DNA from: Lama guanicoe
Lineage: Eukaryota
Assembly (NCBI GenBank): GCA_013239625.1
Contig: MU053860.1
Coordinates: forward strand, 62,001-113,424
Reading direction: 5' to 3'
DNA length: 51,424 nt
The translations under genes and the position numbers were made by a program. Under the pieces are notes generated by a model, which was given only the letters and a program-made list of their open reading frames with translations, was not told the DNA's origin and did not search any database. This document shows positions 50,981 through 51,424 of this stretch, in pieces (position 1 is the first letter of the stretch; the number at the start of each line of letters is the position of its first letter).

Positions 50981-51424
50981 TTTTAATATTTTTTATTAAT
51001 TTATTATCATTTTACAATGTTGTGTCAAATTCCAGTGTTCAGCACAATTTTTCAGTCATTCATGGACATATACACACTCATTGTCACATTTTTTTCTCTG
51101 TGATTTATCATAATATTTTGTGTATATTTCCTTGTATTATACAGTGTAATCTTGTTTATCTATTCTACAATTTTGAAATCCCAGTCTATCCCTTCCCACC
51201 CTCTACCCCCCTGATAACCACAAGTCTGTATTCTCTGTCCATGAGTCTATTTCTGTCCTATATTTATGCTTTGTTTTTGTTTGTTTGTTTGTTTTCCTTT
51301 TTGTTTTATAGACTCCACATATGAGCTATCTCATATGGTATTTTTCTTTCTCTTTCTGGCTTACTTCACAAAGAATGAAATTCTCCAGGAGCATCCATGT
51401 TGCTGCAAATGGCATTATTTTGTC
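50981..51424 (-). mobile_element. 3' end of another lineage-specific L1, running off the window
   Basis: Closely similar to the 3'UTR and ORF2 end of the L1s at 12778-13230 and 34350-34790. Confidence 0.95.

Noticed and set aside
1..51424. CRISPR array, rRNA or prokaryotic operon-type system
   Set aside because: No regularly spaced repeats or gene-dense region. The content is clearly mammalian intronic DNA.

Overview
Mammalian, repeat-rich genomic DNA, most likely from a camelid given the tRNA-Ala-derived Vic-1-type SINEs. I see no intact host protein-coding gene. The backbone is an unprocessed (intron-containing) pseudogene copy of TRAPPC9 (NIBP) on the + strand. Four consecutive exons are recognisable: a 27-nt microexon at 2459-2485, then 10508-10628, 24505-24631 and 49568-49781. 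They carry a premature TAG and frameshifts but keep AG/GT splice dinucleotides. TRAPPC9 comparisons use my recollection of the human protein and need confirming by alignment. The introns hold a ~7.1-kb full-length LINE-1 (-), an ~8.7-kb non-autonomous ERV1-type provirus (-) containing a nested 5'-truncated L1 and a foreign LTR, two further solo LTRs, older L1 fragments, MER2- and MER58-type DNA transposons, MIRs and microsatellites. I found no evidence of a new multi-gene system. The notable points are the diverged TRAPPC9 copy with preserved splice sites, 1.1 kb of perfect identity between two otherwise diverged inverted L1s, and the odd right end of the provirus.
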